Origin: Narcine bancroftii
Lineage: Eukaryota
Assembly (NCBI RefSeq): GCF_036971445.1
Contig: NC_091478.1
Coordinates: 62,992,001-63,056,000, forward strand
Direction: 5' to 3'
Length of the DNA stretch: 64,000 bases
Within the stretch, counting starts at the first letter, position 1. The number at the start of each line of letters is the position of its first letter. A program made the translations under genes and the position numbers. Below, piece by piece: positions 48,837 through 62,400 of the stretch. Under the pieces are notes generated by a model. That model had not been told where the DNA came from. It made no database searches and was given only the letters and a program-made list of their open reading frames with translations.

Positions 48837-49791
48837 GTAATATTTAACCAGTACCATTTTGTTCCTTGTTCTACTTATTTAGTTCTCTCTCTTTATCTCC
48901 CATCTCGATGCCGGCCTCACCGATTTAATTGCGCCATGTTACATTTTCTCAGCAGTTGCAGATCAGCGAGGTTTTCATGTAAATCAATTACCCAAAGAAA
49001 CCAGTATACCAGTCGGGGGAAATGTAACCTTTTATTGTGTGTTCCCCATCATCCGCGACAAGTCCAGTGTGAAGGTCTACTGGTGGAAGGAGGGTGAGAA
49101 TACATACCAACACAGCGATGTCGCCAATAGAAAACGATATTGTCTCCGAGGTAGAGCAAGTTGGTACTTTGAGTTGTGCAAAGCAACTGTCCAAGATTCT
49201 GGAGTATATCGCTGTTCCGTCATCGGTCCGGAAATGGTTGCAATCAATGGAAGTGGATCGCGTCTAATTGTTCACGGTAAATCATATTAACGGGAAAGGC
49301 AAACAGCGAATAATTGTCTGAACAATAAGAAACGGAAAGGCTGGTAGACAGACCATGATTTGTCGATACCCCTCTACCCGCTCAATGAAGATGAGGAAGG
49401 CGGAGATTCTGCCGCCCGTCTCCCAACTCGTACAGTTCGCGGTTATGTTCATGCCCGCCCGAAGAGGCTCGCTGCAACGTGGCACAAAGCTTTATGGATT
49501 CTCATTTGTATTGTCTAGTATATTCACCATCCTCACCCAGTCCCCCATCCTATAACTATTTTGTCTGATGTGGATCAAACAACCTGCAAATAAAAGCATT
49601 CCTCAGCCATTCTATATTCAGAAGATCATCGCTCCACCATTGTCCGAGTACATTGCGGGAACAATATCACAAGTTATAAGTAGCAAAAGGGAACCATTGA
49701 AAATGGTGGAAGTAGAAGATAACCACCCATTCACTCACGCCGCCCCACACACTCAATCATTCTCTCTCTGTCTCTTTCTCTCTCTCTCTCA

Positions 49792-49824
<33 letters not shown>

Positions 49825-52800
49825 TACCCATTTTAATTCGACGGAGAAGCTCGTTCGTTCTCATTATTTTTCATGGAATATTGGTTACTTCCCAACTACT
49901 TCCAGGAAAGAATTAGTCCGCATTCTGTCTTTCTCACGCAACATTGACAGATTTGTTTCAACTGAGGCAACACGGTAGGCAAAGCGGTTAGCGCAACGCT
50001 GTTTACAGCGCCAGCGACCGGGAACGGGGGTTCGACGCCCACGCTTTCTACAAGGAGTTTGTACGTTCTCCCAGTGTCTGCGTGGATTTTTCTCCGGAGT
50101 CCGGAGATGCGAAATATTCTTCGCTATCAGAGAGAGCAATAATCACGGAGGAGCTCCCGAGCCCTCCCCCCTCCCCCCCCCCCCCCCCCCCCCCCCCCAC
50201 AAAGTGTTCTTGGTGAATTATTTGGATTACGAATGGAGAAAACGACTTTCTCAAGGAGGGTTTGGTTCGGCCTCTCTCCGAAATATTCAGATATGTTAAC
50301 TAACTGAACAGAAAACGGCTTCTTCTGTTTCACAGGGGATTGGGATTTTCAAAGAGCATAATTCGAATTAATAGATGAGGTTGGGAAAGAACTGTTTTAA
50401 AAATTCCCAGTCATTGGATTAAATTAATCCAAATCTTTATTTACTCGTATTTCAGTGGCGCCAACTCCACTGAAAATCTACTCCAAGACTGTTGATGGGA
50501 ATCCACTCACTAGACATGTTCTCGTATGCGAAACGGCTGCATTTTACCCGGAGAATCTCACCCTAATTTGGTACCGAAATGGAACGAAAATCACAGCGGG
50601 AACTCATACAAGGAAAGCGAAGAACGCGGAGGGATTGTATGTAGTTTCCAGCGATTTAACCTACAGCAACGGCGAGGATCAATATGCCTGCAAGGTATAT
50701 CACCTCTCTCTCCAGACTCCAGCCGTTGCCAGGTATTCTGTTGCGAAACAAGGTATGTCGTCAACAGTCTAGTGAGTCGTGATTTGTTGTAAATGTCTTG
50801 ATGCATTGTATAAATTCTTGCAGTTAATAATTCCGAAATTAAATCTTTCAAATTCCATGAGGAAATATAGGATGGAGCATTGATTTAATTTCCAATTTGT
50901 ATAAGAAAACCTGTGCGTCTGAGGCATGGCCACTCAAATGCCGTTGGCAATCAAAAATAAAATTATTTGCTGCGCTACAGAAGTATAGAGATATTAATCG
51001 TTCACGTTTTATACCCACCTCATTTTCATTAGGTTTATTTTGTTTTCAATTTTAAGTGTGTCAGAGTTTTGCTCTACCACCATCTCTAAACTTCTTGTCC
51101 TTCTTGGAACTCTTAAATCTGCAGTTTGCTTTGCAAATTAATTTGGACTACATTCAAGCAATTTAGAAACTTCGAGTATTAATTATGTGCACATAATTGG
51201 TTCTGTATTTATTGATATTTTTCTGTTCACTCGTGTACAGCGTAATTCCACCCAGTTGTGTTTCAGCCCTATTCTGACCGCTCCACTCACAAATGGACAT
51301 AGAATGCATTTAATATGAAAACCTAATGTTACTGAGTCCAGAGGACCCCAAAAACTAGCAGCAATAAATATGCTCCACAACACAGGGTTACTTCAACAAA
51401 AAAAGTTTTTAATTATATTTGAACAGTAAATCAGAATTGAACTTTAACATTACTTATCTTACCTAATACTTAATACTCCCCCACTCCCCCATCCCTCTAG
51501 TACTAAGCGCAGGTGTGTGTAATGTATATTTTAGATTGGAAAAGTTCTTTGGATCACAGTCCAATATCACTGGTTCCAGGCAATTCTTGTACTGTGCACA
51601 GAAGTTTGCATTAGCAAAGTTCACCAGTCTTTGATGCTTAACAGGCAAATGGTTACCACTCAGTAGGGTTCTTGCTGGTTTTCAGTGATAGATTCCTTTT
51701 CAAGACATCTGATTCCTTCTCAATCAGTCTTGCTGACCAACCTCGCCCCTTTCAGGGTTCTCCAGATGATCCTCTTTCTTTCAGGTCACCTTTCAGACCG
51801 CCAATCTCCTCCTCTGAACAGACAGCCTTCCAACGTTTGCCAGCGTGTCCCCCGTAACGTATTTCTGTCTCCTCTCTCTCTCTCTCTCTGTTTCACATCC
51901 TTGCTCTCTGAGAGCAAAACCCTTCTCCTCTGCCTGCAAATATATCATTCTCTCCCAGGCAAGCTGCTGTCGATAATTTGTTGCCTCCTGCAAAAAGCAT
52001 TCTGAAATAGTCCTGCAAATAATTTGTATTTTAAAATGTGTGTGTGTGTGTGCAAGCTGCTCTAAGAATTCCTCCCAAACCACCTGTGAATACTCTGTCA
52101 CACTAACAAGTATAATAAATATTCCTAATAACTTTGCAGATTCTCGCAATACCATCGCAAACTACCTGGTTCCTAGTGGCGTGGTGGTTGGATTACTGAT
52201 TTTAGTGCTAATGATTGTTGTCGGGGTACGGTTGGGACGACAGGAACTTGAAGGTAAGATCTGGATTGAACGCTCGATGTTACTGAACACGGAAGAATTG
52301 TAAAATTCCTTTAATCTGTTGACAGCTTTGACAAACCGCCGGTCATCCTGAACGAGGAGTTGCCTCTTCTCGGTGACTGAACGTCCGTTCTCCTTTTCCC
52401 AATTCAGATTTTGCCTACTAAGAAGCAATAATGATTGCCATGTTCACCCTAGAACAACTGGAAGAAACTGCAGGGAACAGGATGAACCACCAATCAAAGC
52501 CACATAATTTGGGAACTGAGAAGAATATGATGAATTCATTTCCAGTTCGACCTAACGCAAAAAGCCACCTCCATTCCATGTATGTTACACGTGATGATAT
52601 GGGAGAGCGACTGGTCTATGCGCTCAGAACAGGCTCAATGGCAATCGAGTGGCATCTAAGGATCGTAGCTCATGCATCCTTCGTTTACGACCCTGTTTCT
52701 CCTGCAGTTTTGCACTTCACATCATACAGGTTTACACTTCATGAGCAGTTAATCCGTCAGGCAATGTGAAAAATATTCGACATTTGTGGCATTCACACCG

Positions 52801-55800
52801 GGATCAAGTTTTACAGAAAATATGGTTATAAAGCCGAACTCTGCAGATTATACTTGTGCACTTATGTTGTGAAAGCCAGACTCCCTGACTACTTTCATGA
52901 AGCGTCTGCAAATTTTAAGTAAAGACTCTCAACCAATCTCCTGCTGCTGAACATAACCCAACTCCATGCTCCAACACGGGGCAGAGGAATATTCTCTATC
53001 TCATTCTCCATCAAAGGAAATTCATCTAAGTGTATCCTAATCAGCTCTGCTTCAAATGAAGCTCCCGACCTGAAGAAGAGAATGTTCAAATTTCAATTCT
53101 GGCTCTGGTATAATATACTTTTAGATATCAGTGAGTTCTGCTCTAACCCGCACTTCAGATGTATGGTCGATTTTTTAAAATTAACTTGCAAACACTTAAC
53201 AGATAATATGAATGCCCCAATAGGCTAACCAAACCAAAAGCCTTTTAAAACAATATTGTCACCAAAATCTAATTCAAACTCAAGCAACATCAATATGCAG
53301 AGCTCGTGGTTCGTTTACCTATCACCAGTATCTCCAATGGAGCAGTCTATTCCGAAAGGCGCCCTTGAAAATAATTATCTGGAGCGTAAGGAAAATAACG
53401 CATGGATATTTTCAAAGCGTCCATGAAAACAGCTAACGTTGTGGCAGCTTCATTGCGATTCTGGCATTGAACGATCGAAACATTGTAAAGAATCATCCAA
53501 GAGTCTATGGTGTAAGGAAAAAAAGCTGGTTATCAGTCGGATACAGAAACAAAGGAAATAGTGCAAGCAGCAGGCAATCGTCCATGACCCACAAGCTCAC
53601 ACACACAAACTACCTGTGCAAAGCCTAAATCCACATTCGCTGCACCATTACCTCAGAAACGTACCTGCGGAGCAATGATTCAATTACATTTTCGACTTCA
53701 GTCCAATTAAAAAAATGTCATTTGATGGCATTGGTCGCCTTGTTAATGTTTTCCTTCATTTCGGAATTAAACAAAATACCACTGGTAAAATGAATTTGGG
53801 TTCGATTTGAGGATAGAAAAGATGTCACAATGCGAAATACGAAATATTTCCAGCATTTGTCCATTTCCCGAAATATATTTTAGAAACATAGAAACATAGA
53901 AGATAGGAGCAGAAGTAGGTCATTCGACCCTTCGAGCCTGCTCCGCCATTCAACGAGTATATTGGCTGATCTTAAAGTTCAGTACCCCGTCCCGCCTTCT
54001 CTCCGTAACCTTTAATACCCTTATACTGAAGAAATATATCTAATTCCCTCTTAAATATATTTAATGAACCTGCCTCCACTGCCCTCTGTGGCAATGAATT
54101 CCACAGATTCACCACCCTCTGGATAAAGAAATTCCTCCTCCTCTCGGTCCTAAATGGTTTGCCTATTATCCTCAAACCATGGCCCCGGGTTCTGGATTTT
54201 CCCATCATTGGAAACATCCCATCTGCATCCACTCTGTCCAGTCCTGCCAGAATTTTATATGTCTCTATGAGATACCCTCTCAATCTTCTAAACTCCAGCG
54301 AGTACAATCCCAATCTGCGCAATCTTTCCTCATAAGTCATTCCTGCCATTCCAGGTATCAGCCTGGTGAATCTCCTCTGCACTCCCTCCATTACAAGAAC
54401 ATCCTTCCTTAGATAAGGTGACCAAAACTGCACACAATACTCCAGGTGTGGTCTCACCAAGGCCCTGTACAACTGCAGTAAGGTATTCTTGTTCCTATAC
54501 TCAAACCCTCTTGATATGAAGGCCAACATACCATTTGCCTTTTTAACCGCTTGCTGTACCTGCATGCTCGCCTTCAGAGACTTGTGTACAAGTACCCCTA
54601 GGTCTCTCTGCACTTCCCCATCTCTTAATCTATTGCCATTCAAATAGTAATCTGCCCTCCGGTTTGTATTACCAAAGTGGATAACCTCACATTTATCCAC
54701 ATTGTAGTGCATTTGCCATGTATCTGCCCAGTCCCTCAATTTATCCAAATCACACTGGAGCTTCCTGACCCCCTCTTCCGTGCACAAAACCCCTCCGAGC
54801 TTAGTGTCGTCTGCAAATTTGGAGATATCCGCACTGCGAATGATGTTAAACGTTATAATGACATTAAAATTTCGCCTCTTTCAAGGTGAAGAGGAATGTG
54901 GGATGGAACCAAATGGCCACCAGGATCAGGTATGTCCCTTCATTTATTCATACTGGTCAATGCTGGAAATGCCAAGAAATAGACTGAATTAGAGCGACTA
55001 TATTCTGCTCACATTAGAAACTTTACGTATGTTTACCAGAAGTATTAATCGGATTCAGAATTTATTGTCATGATCAAGTCATGAAATTCGGTGTTTTGCA
55101 GCAGCATCTTAATGAGAACATGGATATAACCATCTTACGACATTACTATAAAGGTAAAAGAAAGTAATTAAAAACAAATGTGCAAGGTAGGATTTTTGGA
55201 TCATTAAACATTCAGGAATCTGATGGCAGCGGGGATCAAGCTGTCTTGTGCCGTTGAGAGCTCGACTTTAGGCTCCCGTACTTTTCGCAGATGGTAGTAG
55301 AGTGAATCTGGAATAGGCTGTGTGCTGGGTGGTGGGGGGTTCTTAAGGATTGAGGCAGTGTTTTTTTTTTAAAGACACCACCTCATGTAGATGTCCGCGA
55401 TGGTCCCAGACAGAGTTAACAACCCTCTGCAGTTTATTCTTGTCCTGAGAGTTAGTGTCTCCATACCAGGTAGTGATGCAACCAGCCAGAATGCTCTCCA
55501 CGGTCCACTTGTGACATGCTCCTCAGACACCTCACAAAGTATAGCCGCTGGCGAACCTTCTTGGTGATTAGATCAACGTGGAGGCTCCAGGACAGATCCT
55601 TGGAGATGTTAACACCCAGGAATTTGAAGTTCTTGATCCGCTCCACAAATCCGGTCACAGAGGACTTTTCAAATGGTTATCACAATGTCCTTGGTTTCAG
55701 CGTTTTCAAGTGTTAAATGTCTGATTAACAGATCAAGGTTCAGTAGCAGTGGTTAAATGTTGGAGATCGTCGCTCTTTGAAACTCTTCCAAAGTCAAAAC

Positions 55801-56323
55801 TGATAGGTTTAAATAAAATATGATGTTCATCGTGCCATAATATTTGCAACTGTATCCATATATTTATACATGAACTCGTGTCCTTGATCTCAAGCCCAGA
55901 GCAAACTATTTAAGGATTGACACGGACACTTAGTTGAATAATATTTTTGTCGAACTTTTCAGAGAGAAGAGAGCAACATGATACATTATGTTGCAATACA
56001 TTTCGACACGTCCAGGAAGGCTACAAAACAAAAACGTCTTGACGCAAGGCATGCTTTTGATCAGGTGAGTGTAAATAACGGTGTAGAGAGTTCATTAATT
56101 GGATACTATTTCTCAAGCATACGATTTGAGCAGCACATCCCAAAACAAATGAAAAAGCCAAATAGCAGTATTTTCTCAATTGCCTTTACAGAAAATGCAA
56201 GGGGAACCAAGGGGAACCAGCACAGAGTATAGGATAAACTGCAAAGAGAGCACAGAATATGCGGAGGTGAAAACAAAAAAAGACCGCGGAGCAACAGAGG
56301 CGCTTTATTCAACAATAAGATAA
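48797..56323 (+). CDS. VJ-C1-TM-ITIM/ITSM IgSF receptor, copy 2 (7 exons, ~350 aa)
   Basis: join(48797-48836,48953-49276,50456-50752,52140-52253,54886-54929,55963-56064,56192-56323). Same as copy 1 except ACACTC>ACCATC at 52153-52154 (stalk Leu>Ile). Confidence 0.88.
48953..49276 (+). CDS. Receptor copy 2 exon 2: VJ domain
   Basis: Same translation and splice sites as 13190-13513. Confidence 0.95.
50456..50752 (+). CDS. Receptor copy 2 exon 3: C1 domain
   Basis: Same translation and splice sites as 14688-14984. Confidence 0.95.
51327..52102. mobile_element. Solo LTR (duplicate of 15559-16334)
   Basis: Same termini and CTAA TSD. Confidence 0.8.
52140..52253 (+). CDS. Receptor copy 2 exon 4: stalk and TM
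   Basis: DSRNTIANYLVPSGVVVGLLILVLMIVVGVRLGRQELE. Confidence 0.92.
53881..54828 (-). mobile_element. Young CR1 (duplicate of 18113-19060)
   Basis: Identical 271-aa ORF at 53972-54787. Confidence 0.95.
54886..54929 (+). CDS. Receptor copy 2 exon 5: cytoplasmic
   Basis: Identical to 19118-19161. Confidence 0.7.
55053..55658 (-). mobile_element. Rex1/Babar 3' fragment (duplicate of 19285-19890)
   Basis: Identical ORF at 55452-55658. Confidence 0.85.
55963..56064 (+). CDS. Receptor copy 2 exon 6: ITIM exon
   Basis: Identical to 20195-20296. Confidence 0.82.
56192..56323 (+). CDS. Receptor copy 2 exon 7: ITSM/terminal exon
   Basis: Identical to 20424-20555. Confidence 0.82.
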   Translation, partial: KMQGEPRGTSTEYRINCKESTEYAEVKTKKDRGATEALYSTIR

Positions 56324-56457
56324 ATATACCAGTCAGGCTGCAGTGGCGAAGACTCGTTTCTGACGTATTTCAATCGCAATCTGCTTCAAAATCAACTTTT
56401 TGATGCTATTTTTTGTAATTTTATTCAGTATCTGATTTAGTTTTTCCCAAAACGTAT

Positions 56458-59400
56458 TAACTTTTGTACATACCAAAGTTGCATGTAATGTTGTTCCCAT
56501 TTCCCTCTTACAGCAAAAACATCTATCCGATAAGGTTGAATCTCATTTAAAAATTTTTTGAGGAGTGATATATACCCTGTGTAACCAATTAAACTGTATC
56601 ATGCGTAACCTTGTGTTTATTGTATTCTTCATAGTTCCAGAACAACTTTTCAAATACTTCATTTTTATCTTTATGTTTAGATCCTTTTCCCACTTCTGCT
56701 TAGGTTTATAATTTATTTCATTTTCCTTATCTTGCAGCTTAATGTACATGATGGTTATAAATCTTTTAATTTCCATTGTGTCTGTAATTACATTTTCAAA
56801 GCTGCTTCCTTCAGGTAATCTCAAGCTGTTTACCAATTTATCCTTTAAATAAGCTTTCAATTGATGATATGCAAACATTGTCCATGAGTTATCCCATATT
56901 TGTACTTCAACTGTTCAAATGTTAATAAATTATTTCCCAAAAAATAATTTTCTATTCTTTTGATTCTTTTTCTCTCCCATTCTCTAAAGGAAAGGTTGTC
57001 TGTTGTAAAAGGATCTGGCAGATTGAGGGTCAATAATAATTTTTGTATTTGATAATTCGCTTTTTTTCCCTTTCTAAGTGGATCTTCTTCCATATATTGT
57101 AAATGATGCAGTACTGGTGTGTTATCATATTGCACCAACTTTTCATCCCACTAATAAAGTATATGTTCCAGTACCTTCTCCCCTATTTTATCTAGTTCTA
57201 TCTTAGTCCAGTCTAGTTTTTCCCTTGTCTGGTAAAAATCTGATAAATACCTTAATTGTGTTGCTCTATAATAATTTATAAAATTTGGTAACTGCAAACC
57301 ACCTTGATTATACCTCTCTGCTAATTTATCTAATGCTACCTTTGATTTCCTCCCTTTCCACAAGAATTTCCTTATTATTCTCTTTAGTTCATTAAAGAAC
57401 TTTTCTGTTAAAAGAATTGGTAATGTTTGAAATAAGTATTGTATTCTTGGGAACACGTTCATTTTAATGCAGTTCACCCTCCCTATCAACGTTAGGGGTA
57501 ATTCTTTTCAATGTTCTAAGTCTTCCTGCAATTTCTTTATTAGTGGCTGATAATTTAGTTTGTATAAGTGGCTTAAGTTATTATCTAACCTGATCCTAGG
57601 TATCGGATTGCTTGTGCTTGCCATCTAAATGGTGATTCTTTGTTAACTTCTGTATAGTCTGCAATACTCATTGGAATCACTTCACTTTTATTTCATTGAT
57701 CTTGTAACCTGATATTTCTCCAAATTCCATCAATTTCTTATGACATTCTTTTACTGATAACTCTGGTTCTGTTAGGTATACTATGATGTCATCTGCAAAT
57801 AAGCTGATTTTATACTCCTCCTTTTCTTTAATCATTTTTATTTTATTTTCTATTCTTATCAGTTCTGCCAAAGTTTCTATTGCTAAGGCGAACAATGAGG
57901 GGCATAGTGGACATCCCTGTCTAGTTGACCTACTTAATTTAAAGTGACTCGATACATATCAATTTACTGCTACCTTCGCCAATGGTCCATTATACAATGC
58001 TATAATCCAATTTATATTTTTTTTTCCTGTAGATTGAACTTCTGTAATACTTTAAGTAAGTAGTTCCACTCTACTCTGTCAAAGGCTTTTTCTGCATTCT
58101 AGAGCAACAGCCACTGTTGGTTTCTTATTTCCTTAAACTGCATGGATTAGATTAATAAGTTTACAGACATTGTCCACTGTTTGTCTTTTCTTAATAAATC
58201 TAGTTTGATCTAGTTTTACTATTTTAGGAACACAGTCAGCCAATCTGTTAGCTAATAATTTCACTATTATCTTATAGTCTAAATTAAGTAGAGATATTGG
58301 TCTATATGATGTTGGTGTTAATGAGTCCTTTCTAATCTTTGGTATTAATTTATTTTCATAATTTAATTTATATAAAAATTGATAATTAACATTCAAAATT
58401 ATACCCAGATATTTGATTCGATCAGTCCACTTCAAATTAATAATATTCTTATAAACTGAATAATCTCCTTCACTTACCGGTAACATTTCACTTTTTTCCC
58501 AATTAACTTTATATCCAGAAAGACATCCATTTTGTATTAAACATTCCTTCAAATGCAAAGGTGACTGAGGTTGGTTTATTAAATACACCAATACATCATC
58601 AGCAAATAAATTAATTTTATACTCCTCATCTAAAACTTTCATACCTTGTATCTGTGTATTTTGTCTTATCAACTGTGTTAAAGGTTCAATCACTAACACA
58701 AACAAAGCTGATGATAAAGGAAAATCTTGATGAGTTGATTGAGTTAACTTAAAGGATTCTGAAATCAAACCATTCCTCAATATTCTAGCTACCAGTTTAC
58801 TATATAGAGACCTAATCCAACTAATAAAAGAAGGACCAAATTTAAGTTTCTCCAAAACTTTAAATAAAAAATTCCATTCAACTCTATCAAATGCTTTTTA
58901 TACATCTAAGGATATCACCATCGGATGATCATCAAACTAATCATGCGAAAAATGTTATCTGAAGCATAATTATTCTTTATAAAACCTGTTTGATCAATAT
59001 GAATCAACTTTGGTAAAAGTTTAGCCAATCTATTCGCTAATTCTTTAGCTATTATTTTATAATCTACATTTAACAACGAAAGTGATCTATATGAAGATAC
59101 TTTCAAAGGATCTCTACCTTTTTTTTTAGGAATTACTGTAATTAAAGCACCAGAACAAGACTCAGGTAAATCATGAAGTTCTCCAACTTGATGTGATACA
59201 TCCCCAAACACAGAAGATAAATCATCATAAAAGATTTATAAAACTCAACCGAAAATCTATCATCACCATGAGACTTACCATTCGCCAATTCCAGCATAGC
59301 CATTTTAATTTCTGAATCAGTAAATGGTTCTTCTAACTCCTGTATATCTCCATCCTCTAATATTGGTAAATTCAACTGTGATTTAAAAAAATCAATCGAT

Positions 59401-62400
59401 CCAGTTTCCTGTTTTCCTTCAAATGTATATAATTTTTTATAAAATGAATAAAATTCATCATTGATCTCATGAGGTTTATAAGTATAAGAGAATTCCATCT
59501 AACAGCATTAATAGTCCTCGATATCTGTTCTTTCTTTAATTGCCATGCCAATACCTTATCTGCTTGCTCTCCCCATTCATAATACTGTTGTTTAGTCCTA
59601 TTAATCACACATTCAAATTGATAAGATTGCAAAGTATTATATTTCATTTTCAGCCTAGGTAATTCTATTTTCTGATCTTCTGTAGTAGCATCTTTCTGAA
59701 ATTCCTTTTCTAACATCGATCTGTTTCTCTAATTCAAAACTCTGATTTAATCGATTTTTTTTTATTTTAGAAGTATAACTAATTATTTGTCCTCTCAAAT
59801 AGGCTTTCATATCATCTCATAATACAAACTTACTTTGAAGAGAATTATAATTTTCTTTAAAAAAAAATTAATTTGTTTTTTCAAAAAATCACTAAATTCC
59901 ATATTTTTTAACATTGTATTAAATCTCCAATGATAAGCTATTTGAATTTTCTCAGAAGTTTAATATGTAAAATATAACAGAGAATGATTTGACATCACCC
60001 TACTTTTATATTCCGCTTGTTGTATTTTCCCTTTTAAATGTGCTGATACTAAAATGAACTCAATTCTTGAAAATGATTCATGACTAGATGAATAAAAGGA
60101 AAAATCTTTCTCTGTTGGATTAAGATGTCTCCAAATATCTACTAAATTAAGATCTTTCATCAATGCTTGGACCTGGATTGCCATCTTAGATTTTTTTTAC
60201 TTTCTTCGGAGATTTATCTAATAAAGGTTCCAAAAACACAATTAAAATCACCACCAACTAAAATATAATCATTAGCTTGACCCAAACATATAAATGCCTC
60301 CGAAATAAAAACTTCATCATCTGGATTTGGAGCATAAATAGTAAGTAAAGTCCAAAATTCACTAAAAATCTTACAATTCAATTTGTGATTGAATCATGCC
60401 CTTTCCTCCATTGATTGTAATTCAAAAGATAAATTTTTATGTATCAAAATTGCTACACTTTTAGCTCTAGAATTAAATGAAGAATGATATACATGTCCAA
60501 CCCAGTCCCTTTTTAATTTCATGCTTTCCTTCACATTCAAATGTGTTTCTTGTAAAAAGGCAATATCAATTCTCATTTTCTTAATATTAACTTCTGTTTA
60601 ATCATACTATTTAATTATCGAACATTAAAAGTATCAAACAACTTTGACATATCTACTATTATTACTAAATATCAATAATATCTTTATATAAAAACTCAAA
60701 TCAACGTATATAGACCCTCCAATAAAAAAAATCACAAATTAAAAACTAAAAAATAAAACAAAAATAAAAAACAATAAAGAAAAAGAAAAAAAGAAAACTC
60801 CTTAAAAAAAGCTAAGAAAGGTAGTAATCCCCTAAACAAAAATTGAGTCTGTGTCACCCACCAGTGGCTGATGACTAGTAAAGAACTTAGTGCAAATCTC
60901 TCCCTCCCCAGCCAAACAATCAGTAACATCAAAATATCGTAATTACAAAAAAAAAATAGAATAAGAAAATTCTTCTTTTGATCCAAAAGATTCCAATCTC
61001 GAAGATCCCATTTCAGAAGGAGGTAGACTCTTTCCATTCCCGTTTTTCCCATTTCTGCCATTTCTTCCATTTCCAGAGCTACCAAAGTTTTCTTTAGGGG
61101 ATAATGGAGGACTACGTCTTTGTCCTCTTATATCTGGCAAAGAGTCAGCAAAAATAATTGCTTCAGAATCAGTTTCAAAAAACAGAAATTCATAGTCTCC
61201 GTAAAACACCTTCAAAACTGCAGGGTAACGAAAAGTAGACTGAAACTTTTACGCCACAAAGCTTATTTAACTGGATTGAATCGATGTTGATGTTGAATGA
61301 CATCTTGACTCAGATCAGGATAAGAAAAGACTCTGCTATACTGAATCAATAATGGGGTTTTTCATTGTCTCACATTTTGTACTGCAAGTTGAAGTATGGC
61401 TTGTATATCCAAATAAATCAAACATCGAATTATTACCGGTCTTGGGGGTTGACCAGCTGAGGGTATTCTTCTTAAAGCTCTATAGGCTCTTTCCAGTACC
61501 AATCCCCCAGAGAAAAATTCTGGCCCTAATATTTGCGGAATCCAGTCTTTAAAAAAACGAAGAAAATCTTCTGGCAAACCTACAATTTTCACATTATTCC
61601 TTCTGCTTTGATTTTCCAAATAATTTATTTTTCTTTCTAGCTCCTTCTCTTGATCTCATAATTCTATGACTGATTTTTACACCTTCAACACTTTTTCTGT
61701 ATTAGAAGTCACTTGTTGTTTACAGTCCAAAAAAGCAGTCTGAATTAAAAAAAATTCTTCATAAGTTGCATCCACACGTGTCTTAACCATATTTAATTCT
61801 GAACTCATAGCAGCATTCATTTCAACCATTTCAATATTCTGAGATGTCAACAAATCCATTCCAGGTTTTATAACAGCTTGAATAATTGCATTCAATTGCA
61901 TACACTGTGAATCAGCAAATCTCAGCTCTGCTCTCTCTGACATAGTGGCTGTACAAGGTAACTGCAGCTCCTGATGCAACTCAACAGAAGGCATTTTAAA
62001 AGTTTAACTGCGGGTCTGGACTCCCAGCGATGGCACCCCGACTTCCTCAGGGTGTTGCTGCTGGTCTCCCCCCCTCCAGTATCTCATTGTTTTCTCACCA
62101 ATTCGCAAAGAAAAACAATTTCTTCAGATTAAAATGCTACCTGGTGCATTTCCATCAATGGCGTCATCTTCCTGCATACTCCCTCCATTGAAATTGAAAG
62201 TCTTTCCAAATCGGGGTCCATTTCTTGGAAACACACACCTTCTTCTGGAGAACGAGTAATTCCAGCGCACTCCTTCATTTGGTGAACAATAGATTATTTT
62301 CAGCCCCCACAGGCGATCTTTGGGGTTAAGGCAATGAAGAAATTGAGCCTGGGGCTGTTTCAGGTCTCTAGGCCCCAGATCTTTGGCACTTCAAAAATGT